Shown piece by piece: positions 19,872 to 31,509 of a DNA stretch of 64,000 nucleotides. The notes under the pieces were generated by a model, which was not told the DNA's origin, did no database searches, and saw only the letters and a program-made list of their open reading frames with translations. The DNA is taken from assembly GCA_963744145.1 (NCBI GenBank), contig CAVUSO010000001.1, positions 6,304,001 to 6,368,000 of the forward strand. Reading direction: 5' to 3'. The translations under genes were made by a program, and so were the position numbers. Within the stretch, counting starts at the first letter, position 1, and each line of letters opens with the position of its first letter. Origin of the DNA: an uncultured cyanobacterium. GTDB lineage: Bacteria > Cyanobacteriota > Cyanobacteriia > Cyanobacteriales > CAWUOF01.

Positions 19872-22800
19872 TTAATTACCTTCAATTACTGCTTCTGCTG
19901 CAAGAGCGATCGCTCGTAATTTATCTAACATTAGATGATCCACTTCTTCCCACAAACCACGCTGATGCGCTTCTAATAATCTTTCCGCAATATCTCGTAA
20001 AGCCCAAGGATTTTTTTCCTGAATGAATTGCTGTACAGTTGAGTCAAGTAAGTAAGCTTGTGCTATTCCTGTATACATAAAATCCTCTACACAACTAGTA
20101 GTAGCATCATAAGCAAATAAATAATCTACTGTTGCGGACATTTCAAAAGCTCCTTTATAACCATGACGCATTACTCCAGCAATCCATTTGGGATTAATCA
20201 CTCGACTCCGATATACTTTAGCTATTTCTTCTTTTAAATGACGAATTTTTGGATTACTAGGGAGGGAATTATCTCCAAAATAAATTTCTGGATTTTGACC
20301 ACTAATCGCTCTGACTGCTACCGTTAAACCACCCTGAAATTGATAATAGTCATCCGAATCAAGTAAATCATGTTCACGGTTATCCTGATTATGGAGAACA
20401 ACTTGCAGATCTTTTAAACGTTGGATAAATGCTTCGGGAGCTGATACTCCATCCTCTCCGACTCTGGTAGATGTATAAGCATAAGAACTCCAGTTAATAT
20501 AAGCGCGAGCTAAATCTTGCTCATCAGTCCAATTTTGTGCTTCAATTAAACCCTGCAATCCCGCTCCATAAGCACCTGGTTTAGAACCAAAAATCCGATA
20601 ACTCGATCGCATCTGCGCTTGTTCTGGTGTTAATCCTGCATTCTCCCACATTTTCCGTTCTTGTTTTACCTTTGCAGCTAAAGGATTTTCCTCGATCGGT
20701 TCATCTAATTCAGCTACTACTCTGACCGCGCGATCGAATAAATCGATTAAATTCGCAAAAGCGTCTCGGAAAAAACCAGAAATTCGCAAAGTGACATCTA
20801 TTCTTGGACGTCCTAAAGCAGAGAGAGCGATAATTTCTAGATCGATCACCCTTCTCGATGGTCCGATCCCAAACTGGTTGTACTCCCAACAATGCGATCG
20901 CTTCCGCAATATCATCACCCCCAGTTCTCATGGTGGAAGTTCCCCACACTGATAACCCGACTGTTTTTGGATATTCTCCATGTTCTTGGACGTAACGTTC
21001 AATCAAATTCTCTGCTGCAATTTTACCTACACTCCAAGCAGTTTCCGTCGGTATTGCCCGAATATCAACTGAATAAAAATTAACACCTGTCGGTAAAACA
21101 TCTGGACGACCCCGGGTTGGGGCTCCAGCGGGACCACTAGGGACATAATCACCATTTAATCCGCGTAAAAGATTAACTATTTCTTGATTAGTTTGTTGTA
21201 GTGCTGGAAGTAAGCGATCGCTAATCCACTGTAATTCCCGTTGAGTGTGAATATATTGGTGTATATTAATACTTGGTAATGATTGGTGGATTAACTCTTC
21301 TACTAATTCAGCCGCTTTTTCTTCTAAAACTGCAATTACATCACTAATTCGCGTCCAAGATTGGTCAAAAATAGTAATTGGGGAGCTAGTTAACGTGAGA
21401 TCAACTGTCAACGGATCGAAATCTAACCCTAAGTCTTGAGCTAAAGCACGAGTAATTCCCAAACGTTCCTTTCCAGGATGACGCGCGATCGCGACAATTA
21501 AATCTCGAAGCTGACGACCCTGGGGACATTGACCAAAAATATGCAATCCATCCCGAATTTGTGCTTCTTTCAATTCACACAAATAAGCATCAAGTCGATT
21601 TTCAAGTAGGGATTTGTGATGGTTAACTTCTGCTAGCTTAATCCCTAAATCTTGATCGAGTTTTTCTTGAATCACTAATTGCACAATCCGTTCACGAATT
21701 AAGGGTAATCGGGATGGATCTAAACTTTCAGCTTGATAGTATTCATCCATCAGACTTTCTAACTGTTGTAACGGTCCATACAACTCAGCTCGAGTCATGG
21801 GAGGAGTTAAGTGATCAATAATAACTGCGTTAGCTCGTCGTTTTGCTTGAGATCCTTCTCCTGGATCATTAACAATAAAGGGATAAAAATGAGGTAAACA
21901 ACCATGAGCTACTTCCGGATAACATTGAGCGGATAAAGCTACACTTTTACCAGGGAGCCATTCTAAATTTCCATGTTTACCTAAATGGACAATTGCATGA
22001 GCGCCAAAATTTTCTCTAATCCAATCATAAAAAGCTAAATAAGCATGGGGAGGTTCTAAATCAGGAGCATGATAATTTAAACTCGGATCAAGATCATAAC
22101 CTCGACTTGGTTGAATCCCGACAAATATATTACCTAATTGGATACCCGCGATCGGAAATTTTTCCTGTTCCTGTGGTAAAGACCAGCGATCGCTAATTCC
22201 CGTTTGGACTGCCATGGGTAAAGTGGCAAAATAGGTTTGATATTCTGTTAAAGTAAGATATTGCCGGACCGATCGCAACTCTTTCCCTTCTGGATCATTA
22301 GTTACTCCAGAGGTTAAATCTTTAATTAACTCATCTCCGGAATTAGGTATATGATCAATGTCATAACCATTTACCCGTAATGCTTGCAGAATTTCGATAC
22401 AACTAGCAGGAGTATCTAACCCAACTCCATTAGCTAAACGTCCATCACGACAGGGATAATTAGCTAAAATTAGGGCAATTTTTCGGTTACTTGGTGAGGT
22501 TAAACGCAATCGGACCCAGTTAGCTGCTAAATCTGCAACAAAATTAATCCGCTCTAAGTGGGGAACATAACCTACCACATTAGTTTGCAATACTGGATGC
22601 CAATTTTGGACAGCTTTAAAAGAAACTGCTCGACTAATAATATTCCCATCGACTTCTGGAAGTGCGATATTAATCGCTAGATCACGAGGAGAAAGTCCGT
22701 GAACACCTGACTCCCACTGGAATAAGGTTTCACTACTAAAAATTACTTGTAGTGTCGGGATATTGAGTCGGGAAAATAGGGGAGGAGCGGAAACTAATTT

Positions 22801-23652
22801 TTTTCCCCGATCATTTACTCCGAGATGATCGTGATGCAAATTTCCACTGATGGAAAAACTTGTGGTATTCAGTAATAGCTGAATCGGAGTCGAATCGGTT
22901 GGTTGGAAATATTGAGCAAGTTCAGCTTGGATCTCTGGAGTCCGTAACGAAGAGACAAAGACGGGAATCGGTTGTAATTTTCGGGTGAGCAACTCTTGAC
23001 AAAGTGCATCAATCGGCGCTAGGTTGCCTGCTAAATAGTGAGCGCGATAAAAGATAATTCCGACTTTAGGATATAATAAATGGGTAGGAATGGCTTGATT
23101 CGGCCCAGAATAAAGCCCAAACTGAGGAATTGGTTGGGGATGTGGAGGATGATAGGATTCGCGATCGCAAACATCAGCGACAAATTTTAGAGCATTGAGG
23201 AAATTATCTTTACCACCTTCGGCAAAATAGCGCCAAATTTGGTTAACTATGGGTAGGGAAACTGTGGAGTGACTAATTAAATCGGGATCTGGGTGATCAT
23301 CTCCGGGAATCACAATTAAAGCAGCACCGGTGGTTTGGACTGTCTCTTTTACTACTTCTAAACCATAGGACCAGTAAGATCGACCACCGAGCAATCGCAA
23401 AATAATAATCCTTGCTTGAGCTAAAACTGATTCAGCATAATGATCAATGCTTAATTGTTGTTGTAGCTGTAGAATATTCACAGCTCGCAGATTCCTTAAA
23501 GATTCTGGTAAATGGGGGATTACCGTAGCTAGGGTTTGAATATCTGTATCCGCAGCTGTCAGAAAGATCAGAGGAGCTGGAGTTTGGTTAATGAAAATTA
23601 TTCCTTCTGCTGGGAGATTCTCTGTCCCAGCTGCGATCGCGAAACGATGCAT
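19872..23652 (-). CDS. cobN: Cobaltochelatase subunit CobN, with a +1 frameshift at about 20865
   Basis: HLGKHGNLEWLPGK, DHLTPP, GRPRIDV, HNQDNREHDLLDSDDYYQF and HGYKGAFE motifs across two ORFs. Confidence 0.93.
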
Positions 23653-24057
23653 GATCTTGTCCTTTTGGGGTGATCCCACCAGCTAATAACATATAGTCCC
23701 AATTCTAAATGTAATTTGATTTACCAAAGTAATTATGTTTTCTTAAACTTTTACTTACCGCTACAGATGTTAACGTCGATGTATAGATAATTCTAAATTT
23801 GGAACCTTGTCTATTTCAGGAGGATCTCAAGTCCGGGTTTAGGGTGTGATCATCTAGATTACTAGCTAAACACAAACATCTGATTGGTAAAGCCCCATCT
23901 TACCATAAGAGAAATATTTCCCTTATGCGTCTGTTTGGCTCTATTTGACCAAATGTTTAGTGTCCAGGGGTCTGGTCTTTTCCTATCCCCAGGAAAATGC
24001 TCAGTAACTGAAATCCACTTTAACCCATGGCTAAGGAATAGAAATTAAGTAATTTGC

Positions 24058-24096
24058 TTGTTTGTAGTAAGCGCTCTCATCGCTTACTACAAACAA
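24058..24096. repeat. GTAG-containing hairpin (REP-like)
   Basis: TTGTTTGTAGTAAGCG-ctctcat-CGCTTACTACAAACAA, 16-bp perfect arms. Confidence 0.7.
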
Positions 24097-24172
24097 TCAT
24101 CATTTATTTTTTATTCCTACGTTTCCTACCTCATCATAGTTTTGGTATAGTTTTAGAAAGTAATTTGATTAA

Positions 24173-26614
24173 ATGTCCGCTGTTGAACCATCACTGATCC
24201 GTCGGATTTTGTCCTTAGAGATTTTTGAACAGTTGCAGCAACTGTTACAGCAGATTGCCAAAAAATCAGAGTCGATAATTATCACCGAAAAAATATTTGC
24301 TCTGGTTGAATTTCCCCAGGAATATCAGTCAGAACGTTTCACTATTTTGGTATCAGACGGTTTTAGTGTGATCCTGTCAGGATGCTCGCTTGATCAAGGT
24401 AAGCAAACAGAAGAAAAACTTAACCAGCTCTATGTTCAAGAAGAAATAAATCAGGTAGATCATCAACCAGCTCAACCAAATTTCACCTCTGGGACTGATT
24501 TATTAGTAGGATTAAGTTTTGATTGTGGAGTAATTGCAACTGAAATCAAAAAACTTAACAATATTTTAATTAATTTTCCTCCAGTTCAAGCAATTTTGGC
24601 AAAAGCAAATCTAATGCTCACACCTAACAATGCCACAATTCAGGCTGAATTTACTCTTTCCCTGATTAAAATTCTCAGTGATTACCGGAATCCAACTATG
24701 CAACCTAACATCATTGAAACTCCGACTTTGGTTTATCAATCGATTGAAGATACTTTACGTCAGCAAGTAGAACAGGAACGATTGCTCAATCAAGTTACTA
24801 CGCAAATCCGTCAAAGTCTAGAATTACCAGTTATTTTAGAAACAGCAGTGCAACAAGTACGAAGTTTTCTCCAAGTAGACAGATTGCTGATTTATCAATT
24901 AAATGCACCTCCGATTGTGACTGATCAACAAGTTGATTGGCAAACATCACTCTCAAATTCCGAATTTTTTACTAATTTTAAATCAGCTTTTTGTGGGATT
25001 TCTCAGCCAAAATTAGATCGGATTACCTATGAAGCTAGAGCTAATGATACTATTATCTCTGTGCTGAATTTAGTCGAAGATGAACAGTGTTTTCTGAAAA
25101 TTCCTAATGGTCGAGAAAAATATTCTCAAGGTTTAACTGTAGCGATAGAAGATGTAGATATTGCTTACTCTTTCTCACCTTGTTTGCTAGAAGTATTGCA
25201 AAGAAATCAGGTAAAAGCTAAGTTAATTGTCCCGATAATTGTGACCGGAAAACTCTGGGGAATGCTAATTGCTCACCAATGTTTTACTGCTCGTCAATGG
25301 GAAGATAATGAGAAAAAGTTTTTACAACAGATCGCTGCTCATTTAGCTGTTGCGATTCATCAAGCTGAATTATATGCTCAGTTACAACAACAAAAAGAAA
25401 CCTTAGAACAGCGCGTCATAGAACGTACCCAAGACTTACATGATGCTCTCTTAGCAGCTCAAGCTGCTAATCTGGTTAAGAATGAATTTTTAGCGACCAT
25501 GAGTCATGAATTACGGACTCCTCTAACTTGTGTAATTGGGATGTCTGCAACTCTATTACGCTGGTCATTTGGTCAGTTAAGTCAAAGACAGCGCAATTAT
25601 CTCCAAACAATTCATAATAGTGGTGCACATTTGCTGGAGTTAATTAATAATATCCTCGAACTGTCGCAAATGGAAGCAGGAAAAACGGTTTTAAAGATGG
25701 GTGAGTTTTCCCTTTCTAAGTTAGCAAGACAAAGTTTACAAACTTTCCAAGAAAAAGCGGCTGAGGCTGTGATAGAATTGGGAATAGAACTGCAAATTGA
25801 TCCGACTAAAGATCAGTTTTGGGCTGACCAACGTCGGGTGAAACAAATTCTATTTAATTTATTGAGTAATGGAATTAAATTTACTCCTGCTCATGGAAAA
25901 GTAACCCTCAGAGTTTGGGTCGAAAATAATTATGCAGTTTTTCAGGTTGAAGATACGGGAATTGGAATTCCAGAACAACAGCGATCGCTATTATTTCAAA
26001 AATTCCAACAGTTAGAGATGTCTTACCACCGCAAATATGAAGGAATGGGACTGGGTTTAGCACTGACTAAACAACTGGTAGAACTTCATAATGGTTGGAT
26101 TGAAGTGGACTCTACTGTTGATCTTGGTTCCACTTTTACGGTTTGGTTACCAAATCAATTAGCAGTTAACCCGATGATTACATCTGCTCCCACTGGAGCA
26201 TCTACCAATAGTAATTATAAAGGTAGTATTGTGTTAATTGAAGAAGATGAAGAAACAGCTTGGTTGGTTTGCGATTTACTCACAAGTGCTGGTTATCAAG
26301 TGGTGTGGATGGTGGAAGGTTCAACTGCTTTAAAACAAATTAGACTATTAAAACCTAATCTCGCGATCGCGAGTATGAACTTACCTGAATATGAAGGGGA
26401 TAAGCTAATTCGTCAGTTATCTTTAACTACCCCAAATTTAAAAATTCTGGTCTTAACTAATAATTCTACCCCAGCGGAAATTGCTGTTTATCAATCTGCT
26501 GGAGCTGATGATTATTTAATTCAACCAGTTGAACCAGAAGATTTATTAGACAAAATTACTAACTTAATTGAAGATCGAGCTTATGACCTTGGTTATTTTA
26601 ATGAACAAAATTGA
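24173..26614 (+). CDS. cikA: Circadian input kinase CikA-like (GAF, HisKA, HATPase, pseudo-receiver)
   Basis: SHELRTPLTCVIGMSATLLRW; GAF with LWGMLIAHQC; receiver lacks the phospho-Asp (IASMNLP). Confidence 0.85.
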   Translation: MSAVEPSLIRRILSLEIFEQLQQLLQQIAKKSESIIITEKIFALVEFPQEYQSERFTILVSDGFSVILSGCSLDQGKQTEEKLNQLYVQEEINQVDHQPAQPNFTSGTDLLVGLSFDCGVIATEIKKLNNILINFPPVQAILAKANLMLTPNNATIQAEFTLSLIKILSDYRNPTMQPNIIETPTLVYQSIEDTLRQQVEQERLLNQVTTQIRQSLELPVILETAVQQVRSFLQVDRLLIYQLNAPPIVTDQQVDWQTSLSNSEFFTNFKSAFCGISQPKLDRITYEARANDTIISVLNLVEDEQCFLKIPNGREKYSQGLTVAIEDVDIAYSFSPCLLEVLQRNQVKAKLIVPIIVTGKLWGMLIAHQCFTARQWEDNEKKFLQQIAAHLAVAIHQAELYAQLQQQKETLEQRVIERTQDLHDALLAAQAANLVKNEFLATMSHELRTPLTCVIGMSATLLRWSFGQLSQRQRNYLQTIHNSGAHLLELINNILELSQMEAGKTVLKMGEFSLSKLARQSLQTFQEKAAEAVIELGIELQIDPTKDQFWADQRRVKQILFNLLSNGIKFTPAHGKVTLRVWVENNYAVFQVEDTGIGIPEQQRSLLFQKFQQLEMSYHRKYEGMGLGLALTKQLVELHNGWIEVDSTVDLGSTFTVWLPNQLAVNPMITSAPTGASTNSNYKGSIVLIEEDEETAWLVCDLLTSAGYQVVWMVEGSTALKQIRLLKPNLAIASMNLPEYEGDKLIRQLSLTTPNLKILVLTNNSTPAEIAVYQSAGADDYLIQPVEPEDLLDKITNLIEDRAYDLGYFNEQN

Positions 26615-26624
26615 GGAGTGAACC

Positions 26625-27326
26625 ATGAATAATAATTTTTCCCAACTTAGGTTATCTCTAGCTCAAGGTTTAATTGTTTCCTGTCAAGCACCAATCGATT
26701 CACCCTTACATCAACCAATCGTCATCTCAGCGATCGCAGCAGCAGCAATTAATCAAGGTGCTGTAGGTGTTCGGATTGATACCCCCGCTCATATTCAAGC
26801 AGTGCGATCGCAAATTACAGCACCAATAATTGGTTTATGGAAACAGCAAATACCTGGGTTTGAAGTCTATATTACTCCCCAGTTTCATCATGCTCAAGCG
26901 ATCGCGACAGCAGGAGCTGATATTATTGCGATCGATGCAACTTCCAGACCACGTCCAGAAGGGGAAACTGTATCTACTCTAATTCAGAGAATCCATGAAG
27001 AATTAGGTAAACCAGTCATGGCTGATGTTGATACTATAGAAGCAGCAATATTAGCTGAATCTGCTGGTGCAGAAATAGTTGGGACTACTCTCTATGGTTA
27101 TACTCCTCAAACTCACCATCTCACTCCTCCTGGGTTTGAGCTGGTGAGCCAAATGTCTGAGAAAAAAATTAGTGCTATAATTATTTGTGAAGGTGGAATT
27201 TCTTCTCCAGCAATGGCTCAACAAGCTCTCCGTTTAGGTGCTAATTCAGTAGTTGTTGGTACTGATATTACGGGGATAGATCATAAAGTCAAAACTTACT
27301 GTGCTGTTTTTCCTAATCAGGGTTAA
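26625..27326 (+). CDS. nanE: N-acetylmannosamine-6-phosphate 2-epimerase
   Basis: GLIVSCQA, PIIGLWK, VYITP, GTTLYGYT and EGGI motifs. Confidence 0.9.
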   Translation: MNNNFSQLRLSLAQGLIVSCQAPIDSPLHQPIVISAIAAAAINQGAVGVRIDTPAHIQAVRSQITAPIIGLWKQQIPGFEVYITPQFHHAQAIATAGADIIAIDATSRPRPEGETVSTLIQRIHEELGKPVMADVDTIEAAILAESAGAEIVGTTLYGYTPQTHHLTPPGFELVSQMSEKKISAIIICEGGISSPAMAQQALRLGANSVVVGTDITGIDHKVKTYCAVFPNQG

Positions 27327-28189
27327 TTGGGGATGATTGGTGAACGACGTTTAAAAATTATCATTTCTGAACCAATTACGGGACTACGAGCTAAGAAATT
27401 TCCTTGTTGATCAGTAATTTCTACTTTACTGAAATCTAGTTCATTAGCTCGCTTTTGAATATCCTGTGCTAATTGGTTTTGACGAGATTCGCTCAGTTCA
27501 TACCATGTGTTAGCGATTTTAACCACTAACAGACTATCAGGAAAGTTAGCTTGAATTGAGTCAACTAAACCATCAGTATATTGTTTAGTAATTTCCCTAA
27601 CTTGATTTTGAATTGATGCAATCAAATTTTGTTCTGGGGTTAATTGGGGAACTGGAAGTGGTGTAGTTTCGATTGGTTGTTCTGGTAAGGGTAATTTTAC
27701 TTTTGGTGGAGTAGTTGGGGTTTCTGAGGGTGGAACTTCTGGTGGAGTAGTTGGGGTTTCTGAGGGTGGAACTTCTGGTGGAGTAGTTGGTATTTCTGAG
27801 GGTGGAACTTCTGGTGGAGTAGTTGGTATTTCTGGAGGTGGAACTTCTGGTGGAGTAGGAGTAGTTGGTATTTCTGGGGGTGGAACTTCTGGTTGAGTGG
27901 AAGTTATCGGGGGTCTGGGTAGTAATGTGACAATTTCGAGCAGCTTTTTGGGACTAATCAGAACGACCGTCGTCCCGATTAATAACACTAAAACTAACGC
28001 GATCGCTCCCTTTAAACTCCAATTTGGCTTTTTAACTGGAGCTGTTTCTAATTTGTTTACCCATACTTCTAAAATATTAATTATCGATCGCAATAAGTTA
28101 ATCACGATCGCTTTGGGTAAACTAGTAGATCCACTCTTGCTTGGTTGTGAGGTTGCTGGTTTTTCTGGTTCTGGTTGATTTGGTGACAT
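27323..28189 (-). CDS. Hypothetical single-pass membrane protein with Pro-rich repeats
   Basis: TM segment, Pro-rich linker, C-terminal LTPEQNLIASIQ...ARSPVIG domain. Confidence 0.75.
   Translation of the reverse strand: MSPNQPEPEKPATSQPSKSGSTSLPKAIVINLLRSIINILEVWVNKLETAPVKKPNWSLKGAIALVLVLLIGTTVVLISPKKLLEIVTLLPRPPITSTQPEVPPPEIPTTPTPPEVPPPEIPTTPPEVPPSEIPTTPPEVPPSETPTTPPEVPPSETPTTPPKVKLPLPEQPIETTPLPVPQLTPEQNLIASIQNQVREITKQYTDGLVDSIQANFPDSLLVVKIANTWYELSESRQNQLAQDIQKRANELDFSKVEITDQQGNFLARSPVIGSEMIIFKRRSPIIPN
27705..27893 (-). repeat. About 5 copies of a 36-bp coding repeat (PPEVPPSETPTT)
   Basis: GGTGGAGTAGTTGGGGTTTCTGAGGGTGGAACTTCT units. Confidence 0.85.
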
Positions 28190-28197
28190 GATTATTT

Positions 28198-29103
28198 CTA
28201 ACTTACCTGAACAACTCCTCGGTCAAAAATACGATGATCCGTACCGATTCCATTAATAATAATCCGGTTTTCATAGACTTCTAAAGCTGCAAAACTTAGT
28301 TGAGAAACTGCATATTCTGTCCAAGATGAATGTTCGACTGGTCGAGTACCTGCTCCTGCTCCACAAATTAGGTAAGTTGTCCCATTAATTGCTCGCGATC
28401 GCTCATAATGATGGTCGTGACCATTGATATAAAGTTGAACTTGATATTTTTTAAACAAAGGTGTGAGAGTTTGAATAAACGGTTGATTGACTCCGTAAAT
28501 ACCAGAGGAGTAAATCTGATGATGACCAAAGACAATTTTCCACAATGCTTGACTTTGAGATAGTTCTTTTTCTAACCAGACTAATTGATTATCCCAGTCA
28601 GCGTTACCGTTAGTATCTAAAGCAAAAAATTGGACTTTTCCACGCTTAAATGTATAGTAGCGTCCCCCCATATTAAAACCTGGATAACTAACTTGTAAGT
28701 CACCGTTAGCTGTGCGAATATCGTGATTACCTAAAACAGCCTGAAATTTTACCCCTTTTTTCAACAAAGATTGATAAGGTTGCTCAAATACTGCGTCAAT
28801 TTTTTCGATTTCACCATTAGTGTAGATATTATCCCCTGCTAGCAGAGCTAAATCAAAAGGATTTTTTTGATGATATTGGGTAATCGCTTCCGCAACTGCG
28901 TATTGTCCCGCATCCCCTGTACCTGTATCTGCGACAGAAATAAAGCGTAAAAGAGGGGCTGTTGATGCTAAGTTGGGAGGATGAGTAGGTTTTGACTTTA
29001 GCTCTGCTGGACTGGAACTTTGATGACCGAATTGTTTAATTGCACCAAACCCAAGACCAAATAAGCTCGCTAAAAGTAAAAAATGACGACGTTTAATACC
29101 CAT
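28198..29103 (-). CDS. Metallophosphoesterase (purple acid phosphatase-like) with a Tat signal
   Basis: KRRHFL signal; DTG, GDNIY, GNHD and GHDH motifs. Confidence 0.9.
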   Translation of the reverse strand: MGIKRRHFLLLASLFGLGFGAIKQFGHQSSSPAELKSKPTHPPNLASTAPLLRFISVADTGTGDAGQYAVAEAITQYHQKNPFDLALLAGDNIYTNGEIEKIDAVFEQPYQSLLKKGVKFQAVLGNHDIRTANGDLQVSYPGFNMGGRYYTFKRGKVQFFALDTNGNADWDNQLVWLEKELSQSQALWKIVFGHHQIYSSGIYGVNQPFIQTLTPLFKKYQVQLYINGHDHHYERSRAINGTTYLICGAGAGTRPVEHSSWTEYAVSQLSFAALEVYENRIIINGIGTDHRIFDRGVVQVS

Positions 29104-29163
29104 AAGTAGAAAGCTCTAACATAAAATTATATTTTCTCATCAAATGGTTCAGATCCCACCAAG

Positions 29164-29349
29164 AGGGGAGCAAGAATGACCTCTCCCCCAACCCCTCGAC
29201 CCAAAGGAAAGGGGAGCAAGGATCACCTCTCCCCCAACCCCTCGACCCAAAGGAAAGGGGAGCAGAATAAATCCCCTAAATCTCCCATCAATTTAACCAT
29301 CTTTCTTACTCCCTATCCCTAGTAGGGAAGGGGGTTGGGGGGTTAGGTC
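29164..29349. repeat. 46-bp tandem repeat with an inverted partner copy
   Basis: ACCTCTCCCCCAACCCCTCGACCCAAAGGAAAGGGGAGCA at 29179 and 29225; related inverted copy at 29309-29349. Confidence 0.8.
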
Positions 29350-29357
29350 GGATTGCT

Positions 29358-30011
29358 TTATTTTCCACCTTCAACTATTACCGCATTTTCCGTGCGATCT
29401 TTTAACTCAATAGCATCAATATTGGGAATAGCACTTTCAAAGGGGTTTTTACTAAAGACTTTAAAGCCAATTTCTGACATTTTTCTAATTAGAGTTTCTG
29501 TATCATACATACATCTATGGGGAAAATTCGTCAAATATGCTAATCCTTTTTTGATTGGATTAGTCAAATCATGTCTTTCCTCAATTACTCCTAAAACATC
29601 AACAAAGTCATCAGCAGCAATACTTCCATTCAGATAGTCGGACACCACAGATTTTAAATCTGGCACAACTATTCTAATCACTCCATCTGATTTCAATACT
29701 CGATAGCATTCTTTTAAAAAATTAAGCCCATCTGGTTTATTCAAATGTTCTAAAGTATGGGAACTATAAATAATATCAATTGTTTCATCTTCCCAAGGAA
29801 ATTTCTTCCTGAGATCATGAAGAAATATATCTTCACTCCAGTCAATATTAAAAAACTTGAATTTTTTATTAATTGCTGGAAAAAATGGTACTTTAGAAAG
29901 TCTCGAACCTAAAGAATAATCGACGTTAATCCATTCTTCTATCACAACGCTCCCTGAACCTAAATTAACTTTAACAGGTTTCGTTGGCAAGCTATTTTTA
30001 GCATCTGACAT
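29358..30011 (-). CDS. Class I SAM-dependent methyltransferase
   Basis: VNLGSG, IYSSHTLEHL and ECYRVLKSDGVIRIVVPD motifs; AT-rich. Confidence 0.85.
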   Translation of the reverse strand: MSDAKNSLPTKPVKVNLGSGSVVIEEWINVDYSLGSRLSKVPFFPAINKKFKFFNIDWSEDIFLHDLRKKFPWEDETIDIIYSSHTLEHLNKPDGLNFLKECYRVLKSDGVIRIVVPDLKSVVSDYLNGSIAADDFVDVLGVIEERHDLTNPIKKGLAYLTNFPHRCMYDTETLIRKMSEIGFKVFSKNPFESAIPNIDAIELKDRTENAVIVEGGK

Positions 30012-30596
30012 ATTTTGTACTCTTGTTTGATAGGATAAGGTAAACTAGGTCAAAATTATTTTCGGAAAACTAAAATAACCCGAAAAAGTGACGCACTTTC
30101 TAATTAAAAAACTGTCCGATTCCATCATTAAATATGATAATGCACCTTCCTATTATCACTATACACAAGCATTGCCTATTGTAACAAAAATTTACATAAT
30201 CAATTTTTGTTACTAAAACCGTCCAATTTGTGACCATCTTGATTGGTGGAAGGACATCAATATCAATGATAGTAATGAGCCATCATCTGTTCCCTGCTTA
30301 ATCAAACAGATTAACAGAAAAGTTACCATCAGCCTGATGATCAAAGAGTTGGACACCGATTGGGCCAAATGTAGCCATGATTGACTCTGGATGAAGACCA
30401 AAAACTATCACCCGTATACCTTGTCCCTACTTATGTGTTAAGGTGCGATCGCACCATCAGTGTAAAGTCCCTGTTCTGCTCAAGGTGGAACTAAGACCGA
30501 TCGGGATGGTCAATGAGTAAATAATTTATTCCTAGTCAAGTGTTTGTCCATCATCTGGATAGAATTTTTTTTAGTCGTAAGGAGTCACGAGAACCA

Positions 30597-31430
30597 ATGG
30601 ATAGCCATCAAACTTCCCCTCTAGCAGCGCAAATTCTTAAGCTAGTTGGGATAATTATGATTATAGTTGCTTTACTGGATTATTTAATCATCTTATTGCC
30701 CACTAACTTCTCCAACCTAGCTTGGCAAATAACTGTAACAACTCAAATAGTTGAGCGGGGGGTGATCCCATTAATTGCCTTTGCTTTATTATTTACTGGA
30801 TTTTGGATCGACAGTTTAGCTGGAATTTTCGTAGAAAAACCTAAACCTTGGTTGAACGGTCGATTTTGGATTTTAATACTATCGATTGGATTCGGATTAA
30901 TGTTTCTAGTAATTTTGCCTTATCATTTGAATAATGTGCAGTTGAACAAAAACGAAACCTTAGCACAAATTGATCAGCAAGTCAACCAAAGCGATCAAGT
31001 TAAGGGGCAAGCTGAACAGCGTAAAGCTCAGATCAAAAGCCAGGTTTCAGAATTAGTAAAAGATGAAAAAAAGATGAATGAATATATTGATAGATTGAAC
31101 CAAATTAAGGATAGTGGTCAACTTAAAGGAGAGCAGCTAACGAGCTTAAAAAATGAACTAGAGTTAGTGAAAAAAGCTAAAGAAGATCCAAAAGGATTTG
31201 ATAAGTTTGTAGATCAAAAAATCGATGAATTGGAAAATCAGATGCAGAAAAAACTCAAAGATGATCAGCAAAAAGCTGAAGAACAAGCCAATTTGGGCTT
31301 ATGGAAATCGGCATTACAAACAGGTGCTAGCAGTTTAGCTCTATCAATTGGTTACAGTTTAATTGGTTGGTTGGGATTAAGAGAAATGTTTTCTCCGAAA
31401 TTAAGTCGTCGTCAAACATCTCTGCGTTAA
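30597..31430 (+). CDS. HpsJ-family membrane protein
   Basis: Three N-terminal TMs (LKLVGII, QIVERGVIPL), a coiled coil and a C-terminal TM. Confidence 0.7.
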   Translation: MDSHQTSPLAAQILKLVGIIMIIVALLDYLIILLPTNFSNLAWQITVTTQIVERGVIPLIAFALLFTGFWIDSLAGIFVEKPKPWLNGRFWILILSIGFGLMFLVILPYHLNNVQLNKNETLAQIDQQVNQSDQVKGQAEQRKAQIKSQVSELVKDEKKMNEYIDRLNQIKDSGQLKGEQLTSLKNELELVKKAKEDPKGFDKFVDQKIDELENQMQKKLKDDQQKAEEQANLGLWKSALQTGASSLALSIGYSLIGWLGLREMFSPKLSRRQTSLR

Positions 31431-31509
31431 GCTGATCCTGGGGGAGTCGAACTTTCGTCTCTCCTGACTTAGGAATTTCACCATCGGTTAGACTAGATCA
31501 TGTTCACAT

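Noticed and set aside
23680..24172. Cobalamin riboswitch upstream of cobN
   Set aside because: No B12-box consensus seen.
27705..27893. 36-bp repeats as a CRISPR array
   Set aside because: Contiguous coding repeats without unique spacers, and no cas genes in the window.
29164..29264. 40-bp identical repeats as a mini-CRISPR
   Set aside because: Separated by only 6 bp; this is a tandem repeat.
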